Shown one piece after another: positions 49,155 to 57,307 of a stretch of 64,000 nt of DNA. The stretch is from Tissierellales bacterium. Its GTDB lineage: Bacteria; Bacillota; Clostridia; Tissierellales; JASKZW01. Under the pieces are notes generated by a model that saw only the letters and a list, made by a program, of their open reading frames with translations, was not told where the DNA came from and made no database searches. The stretch is from assembly GCA_030152145.1 (NCBI GenBank), contig JASLIL010000025.1, positions 34,528-98,527 of the forward strand, in the 5' to 3' direction. Numbering within the stretch: position 1 is the first letter of the stretch; the number at the start of each line of letters is the position of its first letter. Both the position numbers and the translations under genes were made by a program.

Positions 49155-49583
49155 ATGTTTAAATTATTATCAATAGCTTTCAAGTATATATTTATCTTCA
49201 TTATATATGCCTTCTTATTAAGCATAATAAGATTAATATACTTAGATATAAATAATATAGGTAAGACCAATGATTCAAGGGTCTATTTGAAACTGCTAAA
49301 TGTAAAGGAAGAACTGGGATTCAAGGTGTTTGAAAACTATCCATTGGGTCAGGAAGAAACCATAGGAAGAAGCTCTTCAAATACAATAGTAATAAGAGAT
49401 CCCTTTATGTCGAAAAATCATTGCAAGATATATCTTGAGGACAGTAGATACCTTTTAGAAGATCTAAATAGTGCCAATGGTAGCTTCTTAAATGGAGCTA
49501 GACTAGAGGACAGGGAAGGCCTGGACAATGGGGATATAATAAGAATAGGACAAATGGAATTTGTCTTTGTAGAAAAGGATTAG
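49155..49583 (+). CDS. Membrane-anchored FHA domain protein (FhaB/FipA-like)
   Basis: N-terminal TM helix, then an FHA core (IGRSSSNTIVIRDPFMSKNHCKIY...DLNSANGSFLNG). AGGAGG lies upstream of the ATG. Confidence 0.8.
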   Translation: MFKLLSIAFKYIFIFIIYAFLLSIIRLIYLDINNIGKTNDSRVYLKLLNVKEELGFKVFENYPLGQEETIGRSSSNTIVIRDPFMSKNHCKIYLEDSRYLLEDLNSANGSFLNGARLEDREGLDNGDIIRIGQMEFVFVEKD

Positions 49584-49590
49584 TGGTAAA

Positions 49591-50844
49591 ATGTTTAATA
49601 TCTTAAGTGGAAAAGTAAACTACAAAAGGCCGAGAAATTTATTGTTTTTATTTCAAGTACTAGCCATGACCCTTTTATATACTTACGGTCAGGGAAGCGA
49701 TCAACTAGATGAAAAAGCTTTAATAATGGGACTTAGTCTAATAGTCCTTATATACCTATCTAATTTCATAATAAACAAATTTTCCAAGGGCGACAGCTAC
49801 ATATTTCTAATAGTGGCCATGCTTCTAAGCATAGGTCTTATGATGATTTATAGGATTAATCCCAGCCTGGGCACAAGGCAGACCCTTTGGGCAATAATAG
49901 GTATAGTGGCATTTTTCACAACCTATTTTCTCTTAAAAAAACTTTACTTCTTAAAGGATCTAACTATATTTTACGGGGTTGTTTCCATAATACTATTTGT
50001 AATGACCCTTATATTGGCAGATAGAACCAAGGGATCTAAAAACTGGATCAGCATAATGGGCTTTAGGTTTCAGCCAACTGAAATAATAAAGCTAACTATG
50101 ATCTTTATGATAGCTGGCTACTACTCCAATATAGAAAAATTCAAGGAATACAAGTATGCTTCCTACTATTTACTGGGAACCATATATGTTTTTATAGCAT
50201 TTTTATTTCTCCAAAGAGACCTGGGAACAGTCTTGGTTTTTTATGGAATATTTCTCTTTCTGCAATTTATATACGAAGAAGACAGGAAGCTTATAGTTTG
50301 GAATATACTTCTATTCCTCTTAAGTGCAGTTCTGGGAATATTTTTGTTTAACCATGTTAGGGTAAGAATCCTTACCTGGCTGGACCCTTGGACCGATATA
50401 AACAACAAGGGCTACCAAATAACCCAATCTCTCTTTGCCATAGGCACAGGAGGATTTTTTGGTACAGGCTTAGGTCTGGGACATCCAGACTTTATACCAG
50501 AGGTCCACACAGACTTTATATTTTCTGCTATTTGTGAGGAAATGGGAGTCTTTACAGGTATGGGTGTTATAATGCTATTTTTAATCCTGGTCTATAGGGG
50601 TTTTAAGATAGCCATAAAGCAGGAGGATAAGTTTTTTAGAATAGTGGCCCTGGGCATAAGCAGTCTTTTTGCCATCCAGGCCTTTATAATACTGGGAGGG
50701 GTTATGAAGATGATTCCCTTAACTGGTATAACCATACCCTTTGTTAGCTATGGAGGAAGCTCTATGCTATCAAGCTTTATATCTCTGGGGATTCTACAAG
50801 CTACCAGTGAAAATCTAGACTTTCAGGAGGAAGGCCATGAATAA
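49591..50844 (+). CDS. FtsW/RodA/SpoVE (SEDS) family glycosyltransferase
   Basis: 417 aa polytopic protein with the patterns FQPTEIIKL, TDFIFSAICEE and PFVSYGGSS. Confidence 0.85.
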   Translation: MFNILSGKVNYKRPRNLLFLFQVLAMTLLYTYGQGSDQLDEKALIMGLSLIVLIYLSNFIINKFSKGDSYIFLIVAMLLSIGLMMIYRINPSLGTRQTLWAIIGIVAFFTTYFLLKKLYFLKDLTIFYGVVSIILFVMTLILADRTKGSKNWISIMGFRFQPTEIIKLTMIFMIAGYYSNIEKFKEYKYASYYLLGTIYVFIAFLFLQRDLGTVLVFYGIFLFLQFIYEEDRKLIVWNILLFLLSAVLGIFLFNHVRVRILTWLDPWTDINNKGYQITQSLFAIGTGGFFGTGLGLGHPDFIPEVHTDFIFSAICEEMGVFTGMGVIMLFLILVYRGFKIAIKQEDKFFRIVALGISSLFAIQAFIILGGVMKMIPLTGITIPFVSYGGSSMLSSFISLGILQATSENLDFQEEGHE

Positions 50845-52240
50845 AGAAATCAAGAGGATAAAACTAGTGTTGTTCTTGATCTGCCTTATGTTCTTAAGCC
50901 TTGTTCTTTACCTAACCTACTTTCAGGGTTTTAAGGCAGATAAGATAAGTCAAAATAGCTACAATAAAAGACTTTGGATCAATGAGGAGAAAACCAGAAG
51001 GGGAAATATAGAAGATAGGAATGGCCTGGTTTTGGCCCATAGTGAAAAAGATGAAGACAGATACAGGAGGGTATATAATTTTGAAAACCTCTATAGCCAT
51101 ATAATAGGATATAGCTATAGGGAGTTTGGTAAGTCAGGTTTAGAGCTAAACTACAACAATACCCTTTTAAATATAAGTGAGAATTTATCCATAAATGAGA
51201 TTAAAAATCTGGTAGATTCCAGTGGTACAGGTAATAACCTTAGGTTGACAATAGATCATGAAATTCAAAAATACACCAGGGAAAAACTAGAGGGTAGGAA
51301 GGGAGCCATAGTTGTCTCCAATCCTAAAACAGGGGAGATCTACTCTATGGTAAGTCTACCGGACTTTAATCCAGCCAAGCTTAAGGACAACTGGGGATCC
51401 ATAATGGAAAATCCAGACAGTCCTTTTATAAACAGGGCCACCTCTGGTCTCTACCCACCAGGATCTAGCTTTAAGCTAGTAACCAGTCTGGGAATACTAG
51501 AAAATCCAGCCATAGATCAGAACTTTTCCTGTCAGGGAAGTGTTCTTGTAGATGGCTACAATTTAAAGGACTATAGTGGCAAGGCCCATGGAGACATTGA
51601 CCTAGCTCAGGCCCTAACAAAATCATGTAACACCTACTTTGCCAGCAAGTCTCAGGATCTAGGCAAGGATAATTTTTATAAGCTGCTTTCAAGGGCTTAT
51701 ATAGGGAAGGAAATAGATTTTGACCTAGCTACAAAGCCCTCTAGAATAGAGGAGAAGTCCAAGATGGGCAAGACCAGTCTGGCAGCAGCCAGCATAGGTC
51801 AGGGCAAGCTTCTAGTAAGCCCCCTAAACATGAACCTAATAACTGCTGCCATAGCCAATGATGGAGTAATGATGAAGCCCATACTAGTAAAGAATGTTAT
51901 TTCTCCAAGAAATAATGTAATAAAAACAAACAACCCATTGCCTATGTCCACCTTAACAGATAAGGACCTAGCCAATGAGCTTAAAGATATGATGGTAAGT
52001 GTAGTAAACAATGGTACAGGAAAAAATGCACAACTAGGAAACATTCAGGTAGCTGGTAAAACTGGTACTGCAGAAAATGCCTCTGGTAAGAGTCATGCCT
52101 GGTTTACAGGCTTTGCTCCAGCAGAGGACCCTCAAGTGGTAGTAACCGTTATTTTAGAAGAGGATGCTAGCACAGGAGGAAAGACTGCAGCACCAATTGC
52201 TAGAGATATAATCAAGTCAGTAATGGAAAAACATAATTAA
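50837..52240 (+). CDS. Class B penicillin-binding protein (transpeptidase, PBP2/PbpA-like)
   Basis: N-terminal TM anchor plus the SSFK, (S)CN and KTGT transpeptidase motifs. It overlaps the SEDS gene by 8 nt. Confidence 0.85.
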   Translation: MNKEIKRIKLVLFLICLMFLSLVLYLTYFQGFKADKISQNSYNKRLWINEEKTRRGNIEDRNGLVLAHSEKDEDRYRRVYNFENLYSHIIGYSYREFGKSGLELNYNNTLLNISENLSINEIKNLVDSSGTGNNLRLTIDHEIQKYTREKLEGRKGAIVVSNPKTGEIYSMVSLPDFNPAKLKDNWGSIMENPDSPFINRATSGLYPPGSSFKLVTSLGILENPAIDQNFSCQGSVLVDGYNLKDYSGKAHGDIDLAQALTKSCNTYFASKSQDLGKDNFYKLLSRAYIGKEIDFDLATKPSRIEEKSKMGKTSLAAASIGQGKLLVSPLNMNLITAAIANDGVMMKPILVKNVISPRNNVIKTNNPLPMSTLTDKDLANELKDMMVSVVNNGTGKNAQLGNIQVAGKTGTAENASGKSHAWFTGFAPAEDPQVVVTVILEEDASTGGKTAAPIARDIIKSVMEKHN

Positions 52241-52252
52241 GGGGGATTTTAT

Positions 52253-54052
52253 ATGTCTAAGGTACTATATGAAAAGAGAAGTGAAATACCTGAGGAATTT
52301 ACTTGGGATCTTAGTCTTATGTATGCAGATGAAGAAGCTTGGAACAAAGACTATGAGAAAGTAATGAAATTAGCAGATGACTTAGAAGCTTACAAGGGAA
52401 GATTAGATGAATCCAGCCAAACTATGTTTAAGGCCTTGGAGGATAGCCAGGAAATCTATCGCTTGGTCAGCAAACTCTACTCCTATTCTAGTATGAACCT
52501 AGACCAGGACACTAGGGTGGCAGAATCTCAAGCCCTAAAGGACAAGGCTCTAAAGGCCTATGTTTATGTAGAAAACAAGCTGTCCTTCTTTAGCCCAGAA
52601 GTTCTTTCTATGGAAAAAGACAGGCTAGAAGGCTTTTTTGAGGAAAATGAAAAACTAGAGCTTTACAGACAGTCACTTAATAATTTAATAAGACAGAAGG
52701 ATCATGTACTTTCACCAAGAGAGGAAAGTATACTAGCCCAAATGGGTGAGGTAGCAGAAGCATCACAGCAGACCTTTGGAATGTTAAACAATGCTGATAT
52801 AAGCTTCCCTAGCATAAAAGATGAAAATGGAGAGGAAGTTAAGATTACTCATGGTAACTTTATACCTCTAATGAGAAGTGAAGATAGAAGGGTAAGGGAA
52901 GATGCCTTCAAGGCTCTTTATGGCAGCTATGACCAGTTTAAAAACACCTTTGCCCAAACCCTAAGTGGTAACAGTAAATACAATATATTTGAAGCTAAGA
53001 TGAGAAACTTTGAAAGTGCCAGACAGGCTTCATTATTTAAGAACAATGTAGACACTAAGGTATATGACAATCTAATAGACTCAGTTCATGAGAACCTAGA
53101 TGCCATGTATAAGTATATGGATATAAGAAAGAGGGCTCTTGGACTGGAAGAACTTCACATGTATGACATCTACACTCCAATGCTAAAGGACTATCAAATG
53201 GAAGTTGAGTATGAAAAAGCCAAGGACCTGATACTTAAGGGATTAAACCCACTGGGACAGGACTACCTTAAGATAGTAGAGGAAGGCTTTAACAATAGAT
53301 GGATAGATGTTTATGAAAACACTGGAAAAAGATCAGGAGCCTATTCAGGTGGCTGCTATGACTCCAACCCATATATACTTTTAAACTACCAAAATGAGTT
53401 GGACAGTGTTTTTACTACAGCCCATGAAATGGGTCACTCAATCCACAGCTATTTAAGCCGTAAAAACCAAGCTCCAGTATACGGAGGCTACAGTATATTT
53501 GTAGCAGAGGTAGCTTCAACTACTAATGAGGCCCTACTTTTAGACTACCTACTGGAAAATGCAGAAAGTAAGGAAGAAAAACTTTATCTTTTAAACCACC
53601 ATCTAGAACAGTTTAGAAGCACTGTATTTAGACAAACTATGTTTGCAGAATTTGAGAAGATAATATATGAACATGTTGAGGCAGGAGGAAGCTTGACAGC
53701 AGACTACCTATCAAAGGTTTACAAGGAATTAAATGAGCTTTACTATGGTCCAAATATGGTAGTAGATGAGGAAATAGCCTTAGAATGGGCTAGAATACCA
53801 CATTTCTACTATAATTTCTATGTATTCCAATACGCAACAGGTTATTCAGCAGCCATGGCCTTCTCCCAGAAGATATTAAATGAGGGTCAGGAAGCAGTAG
53901 ACAAGTATCTAGGATTCCTAAAGGCAGGTTCATCAGACTACCCTATAAATGTATTGAAAACAGCTGGTGTAGACATGAACACTAAGAAACCAGTAGATGA
54001 TGCCCTTAAGATCTTTAGAAAGTTAGTAGATGAAATGGATAAGTTAATATAG
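52253..54052 (+). CDS. pepF: Oligoendopeptidase F (M3B)
   Basis: 599 aa with the HEMGH zinc motif. Confidence 0.9.
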   Translation: MSKVLYEKRSEIPEEFTWDLSLMYADEEAWNKDYEKVMKLADDLEAYKGRLDESSQTMFKALEDSQEIYRLVSKLYSYSSMNLDQDTRVAESQALKDKALKAYVYVENKLSFFSPEVLSMEKDRLEGFFEENEKLELYRQSLNNLIRQKDHVLSPREESILAQMGEVAEASQQTFGMLNNADISFPSIKDENGEEVKITHGNFIPLMRSEDRRVREDAFKALYGSYDQFKNTFAQTLSGNSKYNIFEAKMRNFESARQASLFKNNVDTKVYDNLIDSVHENLDAMYKYMDIRKRALGLEELHMYDIYTPMLKDYQMEVEYEKAKDLILKGLNPLGQDYLKIVEEGFNNRWIDVYENTGKRSGAYSGGCYDSNPYILLNYQNELDSVFTTAHEMGHSIHSYLSRKNQAPVYGGYSIFVAEVASTTNEALLLDYLLENAESKEEKLYLLNHHLEQFRSTVFRQTMFAEFEKIIYEHVEAGGSLTADYLSKVYKELNELYYGPNMVVDEEIALEWARIPHFYYNFYVFQYATGYSAAMAFSQKILNEGQEAVDKYLGFLKAGSSDYPINVLKTAGVDMNTKKPVDDALKIFRKLVDEMDKLI

Positions 54053-54074
54053 GACTAGGGATTTTAAAAGCTAG

Positions 54075-54122
54075 CAAAAAAAGGACTGGATTCTAGAAAA
54101 ACTAGAACCAGTCCTTTTTTAA
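54075..54122. terminator. Bidirectional terminator between pepF and nadK
   Basis: AAGGACTGGATTCTAG-AAAAA-CTAGAACCAGTCCTT, flanked by an A-run and a T-run. Confidence 0.8.
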
Positions 54123-54127
54123 GAATC

Positions 54128-54940
54128 CTAAAGAAACTTGCTCTTAAGATTCTGCCAGTACATATCCTTATTAAAGTTTAACCTAGATATAGTTTTCTTA
54201 GGTATAGAAAACTCTACCTTGGTAATATTATCATACTTAAACTCTATTCCATCAACTATAACTATAGTTGAGTTCTCATATCTTAACTCAGGCTCAACCC
54301 TAATCTTGATTTCTCCTGGCACTATAGCACTATTACCAAGGGACCTATAGGCCTTTGAATTTATAGGAGACAGGGGAGTAATCTGAAGAGTCTTCAGGGA
54401 AGGGTAGACAACAGAGCCACCACTGGAAAGATTATAGGCTGTACTACCAACTGGGGTAGATATAATCAAGCCATCACCAGAAAAGTTTTCTAGATGATTA
54501 TTATCTATAAAAACCTTTAGGTGGACAACCTTAGACCTAATACCCTTTAAGACTATTTCATTTACACCATAAAGATTAAAGACCTTATTCTTTGTATGTA
54601 CCTTGGCATTAACAAGGAAGATTTCCTCTACAGTATATTTTTTCTTCAAGTAATTATCAATAAACTCATCTATATTCTCAGGCAAGATCTCCTGGAAAAA
54701 TCCTAAATGTCCTGTATTAATACCAATAAATGGTATATTGGTAAATCTATATCTGTGGACAGCCCTTAAAAAAGCTCCGTCCCCACCAACACAAATATTC
54801 AATTCCGCATTATTATCATACTTCTCAGGCAGGTAGAAGCCCTTTGCTTCAAATTTCTCCCTAAGTAATCCTGATGTATTTTGAGAAGGTTTATTATAGT
54901 TGGAAATAATATTTATGGTTCTCTTATTAGAGTTCAACAT
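54128..54940 (-). CDS. nadK: NAD kinase
   Basis: 270 aa with the GGDGAFL motif and the NGHLGF-like context INTGHLGF. Confidence 0.9.
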   Translation of the reverse strand: MLNSNKRTINIISNYNKPSQNTSGLLREKFEAKGFYLPEKYDNNAELNICVGGDGAFLRAVHRYRFTNIPFIGINTGHLGFFQEILPENIDEFIDNYLKKKYTVEEIFLVNAKVHTKNKVFNLYGVNEIVLKGIRSKVVHLKVFIDNNHLENFSGDGLIISTPVGSTAYNLSSGGSVVYPSLKTLQITPLSPINSKAYRSLGNSAIVPGEIKIRVEPELRYENSTIVIVDGIEFKYDNITKVEFSIPKKTISRLNFNKDMYWQNLKSKFL

Positions 54941-55037
54941 AACCCCTCCTAAGGTAAATTAATATACTATATATTATAACATTAAAAGTTAAATCTTTGT
55001 ATCTGTATTGACAATTAGCTTGAACTTTGTAAAAAAC

Positions 55038-55066
55038 TTGATGAAACTAGAAAAAAAGGGTATAAT
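55038..55066 (+). promoter_or_regulatory. Sigma-A type promoter of an orphan noncoding unit
   Basis: TTGATG (55038-55043), 17-nt spacer, TATAAT (55061-55066). Confidence 0.5.
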
Positions 55067-55072
55067 ATAAAT

Positions 55073-55278
55073 ACAATCTACGGTGTACGTTATCTCAAAT
55101 AATTCAACCGACACTTTTAATATACGGGAGTTCGATGTCTGTACTTTAAGAACATGCCTTAACTGGACGTTCAAGATTTATGGCGGAGCACCCACCTCTA
55201 CATGAGGGTTTGAATTAGATGGGAGACGGCATTGTGGATCATACATACTAGAAGAATCCATTAATTTGGATTTTTTTT
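55073..55278 (+). ncRNA. Candidate structured sRNA of about 205 nt with 6S (SsrS)-like rod-plus-bubble architecture
   Basis: No credible ORF is present. The unit is delimited by the promoter above and by an AATCCA/TGGATT hairpin followed by T8 (55255-55278). Hand-folded long-range helices are 55076-55086/55229-55239, 55100-55109/55207-55217, 55131-55141/55164-55174 and 55146-55150/55158-55162. They surround a large internal loop. Family assignment has not been verified. Confidence 0.45.
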
Positions 55279-55308
55279 AAGCCCTATTTCCAGGAGGAAA
55301 TAGGGCTT
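55279..55308. terminator. Strong GC hairpin abutting the stop of the minus-strand ABC operon
   Basis: AAGCCCTATTTCC-AGGA-GGAAATAGGGCTT, a perfect 13-bp stem. The T-run lies on the plus-strand 5' side only, so it is a non-canonical terminator for the minus strand. Confidence 0.55.
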
Positions 55309-55311
55309 AAT

Positions 55312-57306
55312 TTATCTTTTGAAATCTTCCTTATACTGTAGCTTATATAGGTTGTAGTAGATTCCCTGTTTTTGAAGAAGCTCTTGGTGGTTGCCAGCCT
55401 CCTCTATACGGCCCTTGTTTAAGACCATTATCTTGTCGGCACTCTGTATAGTAGAAAGCCTGTGGGCAACAGCTATACTGGTTCTCCCCTTGGTAAGCTT
55501 TCCTAGGGCATCCTGTATAAGAATCTCTGTCTCCGTATCTATGCTGGAAGTAGCCTCATCCAGTATCAATATACTAGGATCGAAGGCCAGGGTTCTAGCA
55601 AAGCTTAGAAGTTGCTTTTCACCACTGGAAAGGGTAGCACCTCTCTCCATAACTTCCTCATCATACTTCTTGGGAAGTCTATCTATAAAGTGATGGGCAT
55701 TTACATACTTGGCTATAGTTTCTATCTCCTCATCGCTAATATCCTGGTTATTAAGTCTTATATTATCCTTGATGCTACCAGAGAACATAAAGACATCCTG
55801 AAGGACAACACCTATATTTTTCCTAAGGGAATACTTATCATAGTCCTTTATATTTACACCATCAATAAGGATCTCACCCTCTTGTATATCATAGAACCTA
55901 GTTATAAGGTTCATAATAGAGGATTTACCAGCCCCAGTAGCTCCAACAAAGGCCACCATCTCACCAGGTTCTATAGTAAAGTTCAAGTCCTTTAAAACCC
56001 AGTTCTCATCATCATAGGAAAACCAAACATTCTTAAACTCTATCTTCCCCTTAAAGGATTGGGCCACAATAGGATCCTCCCTATTCTCTATAAACTCATC
56101 ATGATCCAAGATAGTAAAGATTTTTTCACTAGAGGCCATGGCAGACTGAAGAATATTATACTTTTCAGTTAGGTCCAGTATAGGCTCAAAAAATCTCTGT
56201 AAATAGTCTATAAAGGCAAAGAGTATACCAAAGGGAATAATCCCCCTTAAAACATCCCTACCACCTATAAAGAAAAGTGCAGCCATACCTGAAAACTTTA
56301 TAATCTCTATTATAGGTCTAAAAACTGCATAGGTCTCCACCTCATCCATAGAGGTCTGAAGATACTCCCTGTTAATCTCATCAAATTCCCTAGAAATCTT
56401 ATCCTCCTTCTTAAAGACCTGTATAACCCCCATACCACTAATATTCTCATTTAAAGTAGTATTAATCTTGGCCAGCTGGGTCCTTGACAGCCTGTAAACA
56501 TTCCTTATTTTCTTCCTGAAAAGTATGGAAGTCAAGATTATAAAGGGCAGGAAGACAAGAGACACCAAGGTCAACTTTAGATTTAATCTAAACATTATTA
56601 TAATAACCCCAATAAGAATAAAAACATCCTTAAAAAGATTAATAAGAACACCAGTATACATTTCATTTAGGGACTCTGTATCATTGGTAACCCTAGTAAC
56701 CAGCTTTCCAATAGGGTTTTTGTCAAAGTATGATATGGAAAGATGCTGAATATGAGAGAAAATATCCTTCCTTATACTATAGATTATCTTTTGGCCAGTG
56801 TAGTTTAGGATAAACATCTGTATATAGTTAAATACAAAGACCAAGAAAACCGTTAGGAGGAAGATAAAACTTATTCTCTTTATTCCATCTATATCATACT
56901 GCCTAAAATTCCTGTAGTCCTCCTGACTAAGGTTTTCAGCCAGAGCCTTGTTATCTGGATCTAAAAGAAGGTAGCTTCCATCTTTTTTCTCCAAAACCTT
57001 CTTATTAAAGGAAGCATCTATGTCCACGCCCTCCTTTAAGAGATCCTTCTCCCTAATATAAAGCTTTCCCTTATAGGAAGTAGACCTTATGTCAGGGTAA
57101 GCACCAGCTTCAAATTCATACATAAGAGCCTTATCACCACTTATATAGTCATCTATACTGACCTTAATCAGATAGGGCCTAAGTAGTTCTAGACCAGTTA
57201 CCACAGTCATTAGGACTATAGTTAGAAGAAGGTATTTCCAGTAGGGCCTAGCATAGCCTAGCAATCTTTTCATTAGTTTTATATCAAAACTCTTTTTATC
57301 TTCCAT
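55312..57306 (-). CDS. ABC exporter permease/ATPase subunit, BmrD/YheH-like, with extracellular insertion
   Basis: 664 aa with Walker A GATGAGKSS, Walker B ILILDEATSSID and a deviant signature LSSGEKQ. About 90 extra residues lie between TM1 and TM2. Confidence 0.85.
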   Translation of the reverse strand: MEDKKSFDIKLMKRLLGYARPYWKYLLLTIVLMTVVTGLELLRPYLIKVSIDDYISGDKALMYEFEAGAYPDIRSTSYKGKLYIREKDLLKEGVDIDASFNKKVLEKKDGSYLLLDPDNKALAENLSQEDYRNFRQYDIDGIKRISFIFLLTVFLVFVFNYIQMFILNYTGQKIIYSIRKDIFSHIQHLSISYFDKNPIGKLVTRVTNDTESLNEMYTGVLINLFKDVFILIGVIIIMFRLNLKLTLVSLVFLPFIILTSILFRKKIRNVYRLSRTQLAKINTTLNENISGMGVIQVFKKEDKISREFDEINREYLQTSMDEVETYAVFRPIIEIIKFSGMAALFFIGGRDVLRGIIPFGILFAFIDYLQRFFEPILDLTEKYNILQSAMASSEKIFTILDHDEFIENREDPIVAQSFKGKIEFKNVWFSYDDENWVLKDLNFTIEPGEMVAFVGATGAGKSSIMNLITRFYDIQEGEILIDGVNIKDYDKYSLRKNIGVVLQDVFMFSGSIKDNIRLNNQDISDEEIETIAKYVNAHHFIDRLPKKYDEEVMERGATLSSGEKQLLSFARTLAFDPSILILDEATSSIDTETEILIQDALGKLTKGRTSIAVAHRLSTIQSADKIMVLNKGRIEEAGNHQELLQKQGIYYNLYKLQYKEDFKR

Positions 57307-57307
57307 T

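Noticed and set aside
49028-49270. 80-aa minus-strand ORF overlapping the FHA gene start
   Set aside because: It has an AT-rich, low-complexity product, no RBS, and overlaps the promoter and RBS of a supported gene.
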